Shown: positions 18,248-27,507, counted from the first letter of the stretch. The stretch: 64,000 nucleotides of DNA from Thermomicrobiales bacterium (GCA_965218235.1 OZ244595.1:96108-160107); one strand, 5' to 3'. The notes: a model not told the origin generated them from the sequence alone. Made by a program: numbers and translations.

Positions 18248-18403
18248 CTCGTCGTTCCTCACGTCATCGCCCGGATATCCGCTCGCAACGTTCCCCGGTC
18301 GATTCAACCAGCAGCATACCGTGCGGAGCGAGCCAGCGGGAGTCGCCCCAGATCCCGTGATGCATCACGAACGCTCTTGGTCGGTTTGAAACCTCGTGGC
18401 CGT

Positions 18404-19234
18404 TCACGCCCGAAGCGGAAAGCCCAGCCCCAGGCGACGCAGCGAGGCGTGGCGGCCCTGGCCGATGACGAGGTGGTCGAGGACGTCGATCCCGAGGAGC
18501 TCGCCGGCGGCGACGAGCTCGCGGGTGACGGCGACGTCGGCCCCGGAGGGCGTCGGATCGCCCGAGGGGTGATTGTGGACGATCACCATCGCGACGGCGT
18601 TGTGCCTGATCGCCTCGCGGAAGATCTCGGCCGGCCGGACCGGGGCGCCGTTGACGCTGCCCTGGTAGACGGTCCGGATCGCCAGCACCTGATGCTTGGT
18701 ATCCAGCAGCACGATCCGGAGCTGCTCCTGCCCCAGCGCCGCCATCTCGACCCCGATCAGGTTGATGACATCGTCCGGCGTCGTTATCTTCGGCCGCTGG
18801 TCCGGAGCTAGCGCGGCGACGCGGGAGGCCAATTCAAAGACGGCGCGGAGCATTGTCGCCCGGGCCGGGCCGACGCCGCGGATCGCTGCCAGCTCGGTAA
18901 CGTCCTGGCGGGCCAGCCCGGCCAGCCCCCCGCATTCGAAGAGTAGCCGCTGCGAGTAGTCCAGCACCGACTCGCCCTTCATCCCGGTTCCGAACAGGAT
19001 GGCCAGCAGCTCCTGGTTGGAGAGCGCCTGCGACCCGCGCAGGACCAGCCGCTCGCGCGGCCGCTCGTCCTGCGCCATCTCCTTCAAACCAACCCGGTAG
19101 GCCGGTGTCTGGGTTGCCGCTGGAGAAGCAGGGACGGAGAGGACGTCGATCTCCTGGTCGTTCTTGCCGATCGCGGTGTCAGCTACGGTCCGCCTGCCGC
19201 GGGCGGTCGCCTTCGGCGCTGGGTAGCGGTCCAT
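18404..19234 (-). CDS. radC: RadC-family JAMM-motif protein
   Basis: ERPRERL, LSNQELLAILFGTG and HNHPSGDPTPS are present. The gene starts 3 nt after the stop of the upstream DtxR-family gene. Confidence 0.9.
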   Translation of the reverse strand: MDRYPAPKATARGRRTVADTAIGKNDQEIDVLSVPASPAATQTPAYRVGLKEMAQDERPRERLVLRGSQALSNQELLAILFGTGMKGESVLDYSQRLLFECGGLAGLARQDVTELAAIRGVGPARATMLRAVFELASRVAALAPDQRPKITTPDDVINLIGVEMAALGQEQLRIVLLDTKHQVLAIRTVYQGSVNGAPVRPAEIFREAIRHNAVAMVIVHNHPSGDPTPSGADVAVTRELVAAGELLGIDVLDHLVIGQGRHASLRRLGLGFPLRA

Positions 19235-19237
19235 TGG

Positions 19238-20014
19238 CTACCGCCCAGCCGACTCGGCCGACTCGGCCGACTCGGCGTCAGGCGATGCATCCGGCGTCAC
19301 GACGACGTAGACGATCCGGGCCAGCGGGGCGCCGATGACATGCTCCTCGGCGCCGACCAACAGACGGAACGGTCCTTCGAACGGGAGCCGCTCCCGGAGC
19401 TGGACGCGCTGACCGGGGATCAGGCCGAGCGAGCCGAGATAGCGGAGCTGCTCCGGGTCCCGGTCGGAGACCTGCTCGACCGTGGCGACCTCCCCGACGG
19501 CGAGATCACTCAGGCGGCGGTTGGACAGCGCCGGCATCTCCCCCTCCGCCGTCGGGATCGGGGCCCCATGCGGGTCGAACGTCGGGTGGCCGAGCGCCCG
19601 GTCGATGCTCCGCTCGAGCTTGTCGGAGAGCAGGTGTTCCAGCCGCTCGGCCTCTTCGTGGACCTCGTCCCACGGGTAACCCAGCGACTCGGCCAGATAG
19701 ACCTCCAGCAGGCGGTGGTGCCGCAGGACCTCGAGCGCCACCCGCTCACCGGCCTTCGTCATCACGACGCCGTGATACCTGGTGTGCTGGAGCATCTTGA
19801 GCTCATCGAGGCGCTTGACCATGTTGGTGACCGATGGCCCGGAGATGCCGAGCTCATCGGCCAGCCGCTGGGTCGTGACCGGACCACCGTCGGCGTTGAG
19901 CCGGTAGACGGCCTTGAGGTAGTCCTCCATGGCCGGCGTGATCCGGGGGCGCACCTCTGCGGGCGCACCCGTCTCGGGCTCATGCATCTGACCGATCCTG
20001 TCCGTTGACTCCAT
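19238..20014 (-). CDS. DtxR/MntR-family metal-dependent transcriptional regulator with C-terminal FeoA-like domain
   Basis: MEDYLKAVYRL, the ISGPSVTNMVKRL HTH and the HEEAERLEH metal-site region are present, with a C-terminal SH3-like LSDL..GEVATVEQV. The start is ATG 20014 or 20026. The tail (AES)x3 comes from a 9-bp tandem repeat. Confidence 0.85.
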   Translation of the reverse strand: MESTDRIGQMHEPETGAPAEVRPRITPAMEDYLKAVYRLNADGGPVTTQRLADELGISGPSVTNMVKRLDELKMLQHTRYHGVVMTKAGERVALEVLRHHRLLEVYLAESLGYPWDEVHEEAERLEHLLSDKLERSIDRALGHPTFDPHGAPIPTAEGEMPALSNRRLSDLAVGEVATVEQVSDRDPEQLRYLGSLGLIPGQRVQLRERLPFEGPFRLLVGAEEHVIGAPLARIVYVVVTPDASPDAESAESAESAGR

Positions 20015-20262
20015 GGTCCCTCGCATGGGCGTCCCATCGCGGCCCGGGCGCGGCCGAAGTGGTCTGGCCGGTGGGTGGTGGCGATAGGCGATTATCGCAT
20101 GCGTTCTCGCACCAATGCCCATCGCGGACCCGGAGGCGCGGGCGTCGCGGCCGGCCGCGATGGCCACCCCGTCCGGCGTCGCGGGCAGTTCGTCGCCGGA
20201 AACCCGCGCATCGAAACCACGCGAGCTATGTTGCGCTCTAGGTCGCGAATCAATACAATCAT

Positions 20263-20278
20263 ATGAATAACAATTCAT
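20263..20278 (+). promoter_or_regulatory. candidate ArsR/SmtB operator (ATGAAT-AACA-ATTCAT)
   Basis: This is a perfect 6-4-6 inverted repeat in an AT-rich patch, 32 nt upstream of the arsR ATG. It resembles TGAA-N-TTCA-type SmtB/CzrA operators. Confidence 0.5.
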
Positions 20279-20309
20279 CTCTGAGATTCCGTCTCACCTG
20301 GAGTTGTCC

Positions 20310-20720
20310 ATGCCACGGCCACGCAAAGCCGACCAGTTGATTCCCCCCTTCGACCTGGACAGTTGCCCGGACCGTATCGTCCATGTCGAAGCCGTGCGAG
20401 CCGCCCGGGCGTCGCTGCCCGACGGCGGAGTACTCGGGAATCTCGCCGACTTCTTCGCGGCCCTGAGCGACCCAACCCGGCTCCGGATCGTGGCGGCCCT
20501 GGCGCATCAGGAACTTTGCGTCTGCGACGTCGCGGCCACGGTTGGGATCTCGGAGTCGGCCATCTCCCACCAGCTCCGGACACTGCGCCAGCTTGGTCTG
20601 GTCCGGACGCGGCGGGAAGGGCGGCGGGTCTATTACGCCCTGGATGATGACCATGTGAGCGATCTCTACCGGCAGGGGGTCGAGCACGTCGCGCATCGCG
20701 ACGAAGGAAGGAAGAACTAG
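20310..20720 (+). CDS. ArsR/SmtB-family metalloregulator
   Basis: ELCVCDVAATVGISESAISHQLRTLRQLGLV carries the CVC metal motif and the wHTH. GGAG lies 7 nt upstream of ATG 20310. Confidence 0.9.
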   Translation: MPRPRKADQLIPPFDLDSCPDRIVHVEAVRAARASLPDGGVLGNLADFFAALSDPTRLRIVAALAHQELCVCDVAATVGISESAISHQLRTLRQLGLVRTRREGRRVYYALDDDHVSDLYRQGVEHVAHRDEGRKN

Positions 20721-23231
20721 GTGGAAACGCAAGGACGATCCACCCCGGTTCACGACCACGACCATGACTATGACTATGACGGCGCTGACGAAATCGTCGC
20801 CGCGCCCGTTGCGACGGGTGAAACGACCTGCCGGCTGGATGTCAGCGGGATGGATTGCGGTGACTGCGCCAAGACCATCGACGCATCCCTGACGAAGATG
20901 CCCGGCGTGCAAATGTCGCGGACCAGTTTTGCCGGCGGGACGGTCGATATTGCCTACGACCCCACGATCATCGAGCCGCCGGCACTGCGCGACCGGATCC
21001 GGTCGCTCGGCTACACGATCGCAGCGGAGCCTGCGAAGTCAGCAGCGAACCATCCCTGGGTGTTTGATGTCACTGGGATGGACTGCGCCGACTGCGCCCG
21101 CACGATCGAATCGGGCGTCCGTCGCCTGCCCGGCGTCGCCACGGCCGCGATCAACTTCGGCGCCGCGACGCTGACCGTGACGCCGGCGGATCTCGGTCTC
21201 CAGCGGGATGCCGTCGTCCGTGCGGTCTCGAGCGCGGGTTATCAGGCGACGCCGAGAGCTGAGACCGGCTCTGCCCGGACCAATGCCCCGGCGGACGTGC
21301 CATGGTGGCGCCAGCGGCGGATCATCGAAGTCGCTCTGGCGACCATCCTCTGGCTAACCGGATTCGTCTCCGAGCGGGCTGGCGCCAGCCTCGCCGTGGT
21401 CGCCGTTCCGTTCGTCGGTGCAATGATCCTGGCCGGATACCCGGTCGCCCGCGCCGGCTGGTTCGCGCTCAAGGCGCGCCGGGCGGACATGAACCTGCTC
21501 ATGACCGTCGCGGCCGTGGGAGCCGTCGCCATCGGTCGGTGGGACGAGGGCTCGTCGGTCCTGATCCTGTTCGCCATTGGCCTGACGCTCCAGAACCTCA
21601 CGCTCGACCGGACCCGGCGCGCCCTTCAGGCACTGATCAAGCTGGTTCCCGCCGAGGCCCGGTTGATCCGGAACGGCGTCGAGCAGCTCGTTCCGGTCTC
21701 CGATGTTCAGGTCGGCGAGAGCGTCTCGGTCCGACCAGGCGACCGGCTCCCGGTCGATGGTCTAATCGTGACGGGGTACACCTCGGTCGATCAGGCCTCG
21801 ATCACCGGCGAGTCGATTCCGGTCGAGGTCGAGCCAGGCAGCACGGTCTACGCCGGCAGCATCAATGGTGACGGCGCGATCGAAGTCCGCTCCACCAAGC
21901 CCGCCACCGACACGACCCTGTCCCGGATCATCCACCTCGTCGAGGAAGCGCAGGCGTCGAAGGCTCCCGCCCAGGCGTTCGTCGACAAGTTCGCCGCAAT
22001 CTACACGCCGATCGTCATCGCGGCGGCGGCGATCATCGGGCTGATCGTTCCCGTCTTCACGGGTGATTTCCAGCAGTGGATTTTCCGCGCGCTGATCCTC
22101 CTCGTGGTTGCCTGTCCCTGCGCCCTGGTCATCTCGACGCCTGTCGCGCTCGTCGCGGCGATCGGCTCGGCATCCCGCCGGGGGGTGCTGTTCAAGGGCG
22201 GCATGGCCATCGAGTCCCTCTCCACCGTTCGCGCGATCGCGTTCGACAAGACGGGCACTCTGACCGAAGGCCGCCCGGAAGTCGTCGATATCGTTCCGTT
22301 CGGCAACGACTCTCCATCGACGCTGCTGGCGCAGGCCGCGGCGGTCGAGCAGCAGGCTACCCATCCAATCGCCCGGTCGATCGTGACGGAGGCCGGGCGC
22401 CGCGAGATCGTCATCCCGGCCGGCCGCGAGGCGCAGACCATTCCCGGCAAGGGCGCCCGAGCGACCATCGGGAACGAGACGATCCTCGTCGGCAGCCGGC
22501 GACTGTTCGGCGGGCTGCCCGAGCCGGTCGAGCAGCGGCTCCAGGCCATGGAGCAGGACGGCAAGACCGGGATCCTGATCGGAACGGCCGACGGCGTGAC
22601 CGGCATCATCAGCGTCGCCGACCCAGTCCGGCCCCAGAGCCGCGACGCCGTTGCCCAGCTCAACCACCTTGGTCTCCGGACCATCATGCTCACCGGCGAC
22701 AACCGCTTCGTCGCCGAACGGATCGGCGGCGTGGTCGGCGTGACGGACATCCGGGCGGAACTGCTGCCCGCGGACAAGGTCACGGCCATCGACGATGCGC
22801 TCAGGCAGAGCCCGGTGGCGATGGTCGGTGATGGCGTCAACGACGCGCCCGCCCTGGCTCACTCGACCGTCGGGATCGCGATGGGCGGAGCGGGATCGGA
22901 TGTTGCCATCGAGGCGGCCGACGTCGCGCTGATGGGCGACGAACTGGACGAGGTACCATTCGCGGTCCGACTGGCCCGGAACACGATGTCGATCATCCGG
23001 CAGAACATCACCGCATCGATCGCTGTCAAGGTCGTCTTCCTGGTCCTGACTTTCACTGGGATCACCAATCTCTGGCTTGCCGTCCTTGCTGACACCGGCA
23101 TGGCGTTGATCGTGACCTTCAACTCCCTCCGTCTGCCCCGGACCACTCGCCAGCGGCCCAACTCGCCGTCGACACCGATCGCATCGTTCGAGCCGTCCAC
23201 CAGCCGGCCCCAGTCGGCGGCGGCTGACTGA
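20721..23231 (+). CDS. heavy-metal translocating P1B-type ATPase (Zn/Cd/Pb-type, CPC motif) with two N-terminal HMA domains
   Basis: There are two GMDC(G/A)DCA HMA motifs, a TM CPC (ACPCALVISTP), DKTGTLT, GDGVNDAPAL and a His/Asp-rich N-terminus HDHDHDYDYD. The GTG start immediately follows the arsR stop. Confidence 0.92.
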   Translation: METQGRSTPVHDHDHDYDYDGADEIVAAPVATGETTCRLDVSGMDCGDCAKTIDASLTKMPGVQMSRTSFAGGTVDIAYDPTIIEPPALRDRIRSLGYTIAAEPAKSAANHPWVFDVTGMDCADCARTIESGVRRLPGVATAAINFGAATLTVTPADLGLQRDAVVRAVSSAGYQATPRAETGSARTNAPADVPWWRQRRIIEVALATILWLTGFVSERAGASLAVVAVPFVGAMILAGYPVARAGWFALKARRADMNLLMTVAAVGAVAIGRWDEGSSVLILFAIGLTLQNLTLDRTRRALQALIKLVPAEARLIRNGVEQLVPVSDVQVGESVSVRPGDRLPVDGLIVTGYTSVDQASITGESIPVEVEPGSTVYAGSINGDGAIEVRSTKPATDTTLSRIIHLVEEAQASKAPAQAFVDKFAAIYTPIVIAAAAIIGLIVPVFTGDFQQWIFRALILLVVACPCALVISTPVALVAAIGSASRRGVLFKGGMAIESLSTVRAIAFDKTGTLTEGRPEVVDIVPFGNDSPSTLLAQAAAVEQQATHPIARSIVTEAGRREIVIPAGREAQTIPGKGARATIGNETILVGSRRLFGGLPEPVEQRLQAMEQDGKTGILIGTADGVTGIISVADPVRPQSRDAVAQLNHLGLRTIMLTGDNRFVAERIGGVVGVTDIRAELLPADKVTAIDDALRQSPVAMVGDGVNDAPALAHSTVGIAMGGAGSDVAIEAADVALMGDELDEVPFAVRLARNTMSIIRQNITASIAVKVVFLVLTFTGITNLWLAVLADTGMALIVTFNSLRLPRTTRQRPNSPSTPIASFEPSTSRPQSAAAD

Positions 23232-24201
23232 TGGCACACAATCACGCAAGCGCGGGCGCTCAGAACCGCGGCCGCCTGCGGATCGTCTTCCTGCTGACCG
23301 CCTCGTACATGGTGATCGAGTTCATCGGAGCCGCGATCTCCGGCAGTCTGGCGCTCCTCGCCGACGCCGCCCATATGCTGACGGACGTGGGGGGTCTCGG
23401 CCTCGCATTGCTGGCAATCTGGTTCGCCGCGCGGCCAGCGACCACGGGACACAGCTACGGGTTCTATCGGACCGAGATCCTCGCGGCGATGGTCAATGGG
23501 CTTGTCCTCCTCGGCATTGGAATCTACATCCTGTACGAGGCCTGGAAACGCTTCTCCAACCCGCCCGAGGTCGGCAGCGTCACCGTCATTATCGTCGCGA
23601 TCTTCGGCCTCACGATCAATGTGACCGGGGCGATCCTGCTCCGCAGCGGCTCGGCCGAGAGCCTGAACGTTCAGGGCGCCTTCCTCGAAGTCGTGGCGGA
23701 CCTGCTGGGCTCGATCGGCGTCATCGTCGCCGGCGTGATCATGCTGACGACCGGGTGGTGGTACGCGGACCCAATCTTCTCCATCGTCATCGGACTCTTC
23801 ATCGTCCCACGGACGTACCAGCTCCTCAAGGCGCGGTCCTCATCCTCATGGAAGGCACCCCGACCGGGATCGACCCAGTCGCGGTCGAAGCGACCATCCT
23901 CGCCGATCCAGATGTGGAGAGCGTCCATGATCTACATGTCTGGAGTATCACGTCGGGTCTTGCCGCAATGTCGAGTCATGCCCGCATTTCCTCGTCAGCC
24001 GACGGCGACGCCGTGCTGACCCGCCTGGGCTCTGCCCTGACCGAGTCGTACGATCTTCACCACACGACAATCCAGATAGAGCAATCGCCCCTGCCAGAGG
24101 AGATCTATCACGAGACGGGCAACGAACCGGAACCAGGCAGGATCACCGCGGCTCACGGGCATGACCACCCAAGGGAGTCACCTGACACCCAGACTGCCTG
24201 A
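23231..24201 (+). pseudogene. czcD: cation diffusion facilitator (CzcD-like) interrupted by a frameshift near 23831-23836
   Basis: Frame A (23231..) encodes the TM domain up to ...IVPRTYQLLK. Frame B (..24201) encodes AVLILMEGTPTGIDPVAVE...VHDLHVWSITSG, the CDF C-terminal domain. One extra G in AAGGCG(G)CGGTC would restore a single ORF. Confidence 0.8.
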
Positions 24202-24222
24202 CGCTGGGCACCATTCAGTCCA

Positions 24223-24248
24223 CCGGGCTGCGTTCCGACGCAGCCCGG
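24223..24248 (+). terminator. hairpin after the metal operon
   Basis: CCGGGCTGCG-ttccga-CGCAGCCCGG is a 10-bp perfect stem, 22 nt after the frame-B stop. There is no U-tract. Confidence 0.45.
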
Positions 24249-24390
24249 CAAGATAGGGAACCTCCCGATTGACGGGCCGAACGACGAGAACCGGCGTCTC
24301 GGCCCGCGGCTCGACCAGGGCGGTCCTGGCATGGTGTAGGCTGCCCGGTACAGCGTTGATGGGACCAAGTAGCGGCGGTCCCCGGGTCAC

Positions 24391-24617
24391 AGCGAGTCGC
24401 CGGCGGTGGGAGGGCGACACCCGGACCGGCCGTGAAGACCTCCCGGAGCGCGGCGCACAATGCCGGAGACCGTGGCGACTCGCCCGGTTTCGGCTCAGGC
24501 TCCGACGGTTCGCCTCCGTTATTGGGCCTCAAGACCGCGCCTGCTCCTCGCGCGGTGAAGTGCGGTGGCACCACGGGCCGCTCCCTCGTCCGCATGCCGA
24601 GGGAGCGATCGTTTTTT
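24391..24617 (+). promoter_or_regulatory. T-box riboswitch leader (tRNA-Asp-type) with intrinsic terminator
   Basis: The basal helix is GCGAGTCGCC (24392-24401) paired with GGCGACTCGC (24474-24483). The T-box-like core CGGTGGCACCACG (24562-24574) matches 10 of 12 fixed positions of GGGTGGNACCGCG by my count. The terminator is CGCTCCCTCG-9 nt-CGAGGGAGCG plus TTTTTT (24579-24617). The leader ends 34 nt before the aspS ATG. Confidence 0.7.
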
Positions 24618-24650
24618 CGGGACTTTCCGTCCCGGGAAAGGCGGTGTCTC

Positions 24651-25952
24651 ATGGAGCGCGTCTGGTCCACGAACCTCATCATCCACGCCGGGCGGCCCGT
24701 TCGCCTCGCGGGCTGGTTACACCGGTATCGATAGCTGTCCCACGTCGGCTTCCTCGTCCTGCGGGACGCACGAGGGCTCGCCCAGATCGTCGTCGACGAC
24801 CCGGAAACGGCGGCCCAACTCGGTCGGCTCGCCAATGAGTCGGTCCTATCGATCGCGGGACAGGCCGTCGCGAACCCCCAGGCACCGGGCGGTGCCGAAG
24901 TCCACGAGCCGGCGGTCACGGTCCTCTCGGAGGCCATTCCGCCACCGTTCGACCTGTTCCGTCCGGTGCTCGCCGCCCAGCTCCCGACGATCCTGGACCA
25001 CGCGCCGGTCGCCCTGCGGCACCCGGCGGTCCGGGCCCGGCACCGGCTGGCGGCGGTGCTGACCGAGGGATTCCGGGCAGCGCTGACAGCGGACGGCTTC
25101 ACGGAGATCCACACGCCGAAGATCGTCGCGGCGGCGACCGAGGGCGGCGCCAACGTCTTCCCGATCGACTACTTCGGCCGGACGGCTTATCTCGCCCAGA
25201 GCCCGCAGCTCTACAAGCAGGTCATGGTGGGCGTCTTCGAGCGGGTCTTCGAGACCGGTCCGGTCTTCCGGGCCGAGCCGCACGACACGCCCCGGCACCT
25301 CAACGAGTACATCTCGCTCGACGCCGAGATCGGCTTCGTCGCCGACGAGCGTGAGGTGATGGCCGTCCTCAGCCAGACACTCCGGTCAATGTTCGAGCGG
25401 CTGCCGGACCGGCTGGGCGCCGACCTCGCCCTCGCCGGCGTGACCCTTCCGACCATCCCAGACGAGATCCCGGCGATCCACTTCACCGACGCCCGCGACC
25501 TGATCTCCGGCGGCCTCGGCGACGAGCGGGAGCGGCACGAACCAGACCTCTCACCGGCCGGCGAGCGCTGGCTGGGCGAGTGGGCGCTGCGAACCCACGG
25601 CTCCGACCTGCTTTTCGTCACCGGCTACCCGATGAGCAAGCGCCCGTTCTACACCCATCCTGATCCCGATCAACCGGGTTTCTCCCGCGGATTCGACCTG
25701 CTGTTCCGCGGCCTCGAACTCGTCACCGGCGGCCAGCGCCTCCACCACCTCGCCGATTACCTCGCCGCCCTGAGCGAACGCGTAATGGACCCGGAACCGT
25801 TCGGCTGGTACCTCGACGCCTTCCGGCACGGGATGCCGCCCCACGGCGGCTTCGCGATCGGCCTCGAACGCCTCGTCGCCCGCCTGACCAGCCAGGCCAA
25901 CCTCCGGGAGGTGACGCTGTTCCCGCGGGACACCAACCGCCTCACCCCGTAG
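24651..25952 (+). pseudogene. aspS: type-2 (archaeal-like) aspartate--tRNA ligase with an in-frame TAG at codon 28 (24732-24734)
   Basis: A single frame runs from ATG 24651 to the stop at 25952 (433 codons). The N-terminus is MERVWSTNLIIHAGRPVRLAGWLHRYR*LSHVGFLVLRDARGLAQIVV (OB-fold motif). Class II catalytic motifs are FRAEPHDTPRHLNEY and GGFAIGLERL. The track shows only 24966..25952. Confidence 0.8.
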
Positions 25953-26037
25953 TCAGCTGAAAAGACTGCGGCCCATCCACTCGAGCATGAGTCTCCAACA
26001 ACCTCAAGCGGCACAGGCCTCGTCCGTAGGGACATGG

Positions 26038-26081
26038 CTCTCGCTTCGCTGGCCTGGTCCACGCCGCCAGCGAAGCGAGAG
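26038..26081 (+). terminator. 16-bp perfect hairpin downstream of aspS
   Basis: CTCTCGCTTCGCTGGC-12 nt-GCCAGCGAAGCGAGAG lies 86 nt after the aspS stop. There is no U-tract. Confidence 0.4.
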
Positions 26082-26237
26082 GTGCTGCACCGCGAAGCGG
26101 TCCCGGTCTTCAGGAACAACGTTTCTGATGTGGAAGACGCGCCAACTCTGCACGAAGTGCCTCGCGTCGCCACGAAAGGGGGTCAAGTCGCGCCCCTCGG
26201 CACAGTTCAGTGGGAAGGCGAAGCCGACCAGCAGATG

Positions 26238-26300
26238 CCCCTCTCCGGGCGGTGAAGCACCGCAGTGCCGAAACCGAGCCGGGGAGGAGTTGGGGAGGGG
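26238..26300 (+). repeat. C-rich/G-rich intergenic hairpin element, copy C
   Basis: CCCCTCTCCGGGC - short inner hairpin - GAAACCGAGCCGGGGAGGAGTTGGGGAGGGG. It is nearly collinear with copy D. Confidence 0.55.
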
Positions 26301-26399
26301 TCTGTGCGCGACCAGGGCGCCGCGATGTGACACCTCGGCTTCAATGTCGGGCCCGCAAGCCTCGCCCCATGGAAAAGCACCTTCCAGCAACAAACGTGA

Positions 26400-27200
26400 T
26401 CAGATCGCGCCGACCGACCCGGCGTCGACCCGGTAATTGGATCCATTCACGAACGAGGTCCGGTCGGAGCAGAGGAACACGATCACGTTGGCGACCTCGT
26501 CCGGGGTGCCGCGCCGCTTGAGGTCGATCCCCGGCCGCTCCTCCCGGAGGAAGCTCTGGATCGCCTCGTCAACGCCGGTCCCCTCCTCCTTCGCCCGCTT
26601 GTCCATCATCGCGTCCGTCATTGGCGTCTGGATGAAGGCTGGCGAGACGGCGTTGACCAGCACGCCCTCCGGCGCGTAGGTCCGTGACAGGCCCTTGGAC
26701 AGCGCGAGGATGCCTGCCTTGGCCGAGCAGTACGGAATCTCGTTTGGGTAGGGCTGGATGGCGTCCTCGGAGGCAATCAGGACGATCCGGCCCCAGCCGC
26801 CCGTCCGCAGTGCCGGCAGAAAGGTGCTCACCAGCCGGACCGGCCCCATCAGATCGGTCTCGATCGTCTTCACCCAGCCGGCGTCGTCGATCTCGTGGAA
26901 CATGCCCTGGGCGCCCGTGATCCCGGCGCACTGGACGAGGATGTCGATGTCGCCGATGGCTGCCTGCACCTTCTCCGAAAGCGTCGCGAGCTGATCGAGC
27001 TTCGTGATGTCGGCGGCGAAGGCGTGCAGGCTCCCCTCGGGCGCGGTGAGCTGGGCAGCCGCCGCGTCGAGTTTGCCCTGATCGATGTCAGTGACGACGA
27101 CCGTCACGCCCTCCTCCAGCAGCAGCCGGGCGGTGTGCCAGCCGATACCCGAGTCGGCGCCAGTGACCAGCGCCTTGCGTCCCTTGATTCCCAGATCCAT
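26400..27200 (-). CDS. SDR family oxidoreductase
   Basis: The start MDLGIKGRKALVTGADSGIG and the YCSAK catalytic motif are present. The track ORF extends to 27284. Confidence 0.88.
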   Translation of the reverse strand: MDLGIKGRKALVTGADSGIGWHTARLLLEEGVTVVVTDIDQGKLDAAAAQLTAPEGSLHAFAADITKLDQLATLSEKVQAAIGDIDILVQCAGITGAQGMFHEIDDAGWVKTIETDLMGPVRLVSTFLPALRTGGWGRIVLIASEDAIQPYPNEIPYCSAKAGILALSKGLSRTYAPEGVLVNAVSPAFIQTPMTDAMMDKRAKEEGTGVDEAIQSFLREERPGIDLKRRGTPDEVANVIVFLCSDRTSFVNGSNYRVDAGSVGAI

Positions 27201-27507
27201 CTGTCGACTCCCTGTCCGGTGTTCTCGCGACTCAAACACAGCGCCGATAGATGACCGGGTTGATGGTGCGCTGACGAAACGCACAGGGCAGATTCCATGC
27301 CCACCGAAAATCCCCGCTCAGCCTGACCGACTCCCCGTACCGTCCGATGACCGTCAGCGGACATCGCCCGGCGAACATCGTCCGTTGCGCCCTGTTCGTT
27401 GCTACTTGCTATAGTCACGGGCGATTGGGCTGTTCCGGTCTCGGCAGCCAGGCGCGACAGGCAAGACTGCCCGCGTCCCTTCTCACTGAATCAGGAGCGA
27501 CGACCCG

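Noticed and set aside
16379-18811. 810-aa ORF on the + strand
   Set aside because: It is antisense to the S9 peptidase and RadC genes, which have clear catalytic motifs. Its composition is R/D/P/V-rich with no recognisable motif. It is a classic long shadow ORF in GC-rich DNA.
24215-25153. 312-aa ORF on the - strand
   Set aside because: It is antisense to the T-box leader and the 5' part of aspS. It has no motifs and an S/R/A-rich composition.
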